Both the position numbers and the translations under genes were made by a program. Of a stretch of DNA of 64,000 bases, positions 63,211-64,000 are shown one piece after another. The notes under the pieces were generated by a model. The model was not told where the DNA came from. It did not search any database and saw only the letters and a list, made by a program, of their open reading frames with translations. The stretch spans positions 3,083 through 67,082 of the forward strand of contig JACOVF010000072.1 of the NCBI GenBank assembly GCA_016177465.1, in the 5' to 3' direction. How positions within the stretch are numbered: the first letter of the stretch is position 1; each line of letters starts with the position of its first letter. This stretch comes from Gemmatimonadota bacterium. GTDB lineage: Bacteria > Gemmatimonadota > Gemmatimonadetes > Gemmatimonadales > GWC2-71-9.

Positions 63211-64000
63211 TCAGAGCCGACCCCGCGGCGATAGCGTCGCTGGAAGGGTGAGGCGGCGGATGTCGGCGGCTACCCCGGGGAACGCTTGCAGCAGCGGTGC
63301 CGCGCGCTCCTCCCCCAGGACCGTCAGCGCCGTCGCGAGCCCGTCGGCGGTGATTCCGTCGGGGGCCACGACCGCCGACTGAAGGCGGTTCGTGAGCCCG
63401 AGCCCGGTGCGCGGGTCCACGATGTGGGAGTACCGCACGCCGTCGATCACGACGAACTGCTCGGTATCGCCTGAGGTCGCAACTGCCGCGTTGGCGAGCG
63501 CCGCCGCCCGCGCCGCGAGGGCGGGGCCCGCCCCGGGGACGGCGATCCGCCAGCCAGGCTCGCCGGGTGGGGCATCGCCCACCAGGATGTCGCCGCCGGC
63601 CTCGAGGAGCGCGCGGGTCACCCCGTGCCGTCGCAGCTCGGCGAGCGCCTGGTCGAGGATGTACCCCTTCGCGATGCCGCCCAGGTCGAGTCGCATGCCG
63701 GGCGCTTCCAGGCACACGGCGCGAGTCGCGGGATTCAGCCGCACCTTGCGCCAGCCGACGCGGGCGGCCGCCGAATCGAGGGCGTCCCGCGAAGGCAGCC
63801 GCCCCGTCCGGCGAGCATCGCGCCACAGGGCGACGTACGGTCCCACGGTGGGGTCGAACGCGCCATCCGTCCGCGCCGCGAGGTCGAGGGCGCGCGCGAG
63901 TACCGTGTACAGCTCCGCGCTTGCGGCGAGCGGCGCCGCTCCGCACGACGGCAGCCGCCGCACCTCGCTCTCAGGGCGATAGTCGCTCATCTTATCCTCG
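63211..64000 (-). CDS. apbE: FAD:protein FMN transferase ApbE (partial, continues past window end)
   Basis: ...DPTVGPYVALW..., LDLGGIAKGY, ATSGDTEQF motifs; the first listed Met (63990) aligns to an internal ApbE position, so the 5' end is outside the window. Confidence 0.8.
   Translation of the reverse strand, partial: EDKMSDYRPESEVRRLPSCGAAPLAASAELYTVLARALDLAARTDGAFDPTVGPYVALWRDARRTGRLPSRDALDSAAARVGWRKVRLNPATRAVCLEAPGMRLDLGGIAKGYILDQALAELRRHGVTRALLEAGGDILVGDAPPGEPGWRIAVPGAGPALAARAAALANAAVATSGDTEQFVVIDGVRYSHIVDPRTGLGLTNRLQSAVVAPDGITADGLATALTVLGEERAAPLLQAFPGVAADIRRLTLPATLSPRGRL

Overview
High-G+C bacterial chromosome segment. The gene style (TolB-propeller/amidohydrolase fusions, promoters sitting a few nt before start codons) suggests a Gemmatimonadota/Acidobacteriota-like organism, but that is inference only.

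Layout:
- 0-4.2 kb: chemotaxis adaptation genes (cheR-cheD-cheB-cheW-cheW-TPR).
- 4.2-7.4 kb: a metallopeptidase-like membrane protein, a DUF3098-like miniprotein, tRNA-Val, a secreted TPR protein and tRNA-Asp.
- 7.45-24.06 kb: a compact dcw cell-wall/division cluster (rsmH ftsL ftsI murE murF mraY murD ftsW murG murC ftsQ ftsA ftsZ plus an M23 peptidase). It has no mraZ, murB or ddl.
- 24-45.5 kb: housekeeping genes (hisA, a vWA-like membrane protein, recG, asnS, mazG, alr, deoB, cdd, mtaB-like, miaB, comFB-like, comEC, fbp, an acyl-CoA mutase large subunit).
- 45.5-52.26 kb: a visibly AT-richer accessory island.
- 52.3-64 kb: two GH29 fucosidases, a cupin, two tandem ~1130-1230 aa TolB-propeller/amidohydrolase paralogs and a partial apbE.

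Two signals stand out.
1. I read the accessory island as an integron-type gene-cassette array with no integrase in the window. It has attC-like sites, a toxin-antitoxin cassette with a frameshifted toxin, a MOSC protein, two paralogous TM/coiled-coil miniproteins, an IS3 element without target duplication, and a transposase scar.
2. Short tandem heptanucleotide arrays recur across the window, often as inverted arms that form long hairpins. They occur between genes (murE/murF, the recG 3' end) and inside ORFs (vWA-like, mtaB-like, comEC, mazG).

Most other long ORFs in the six-frame track are off-frame or antisense shadows typical of high-GC DNA.
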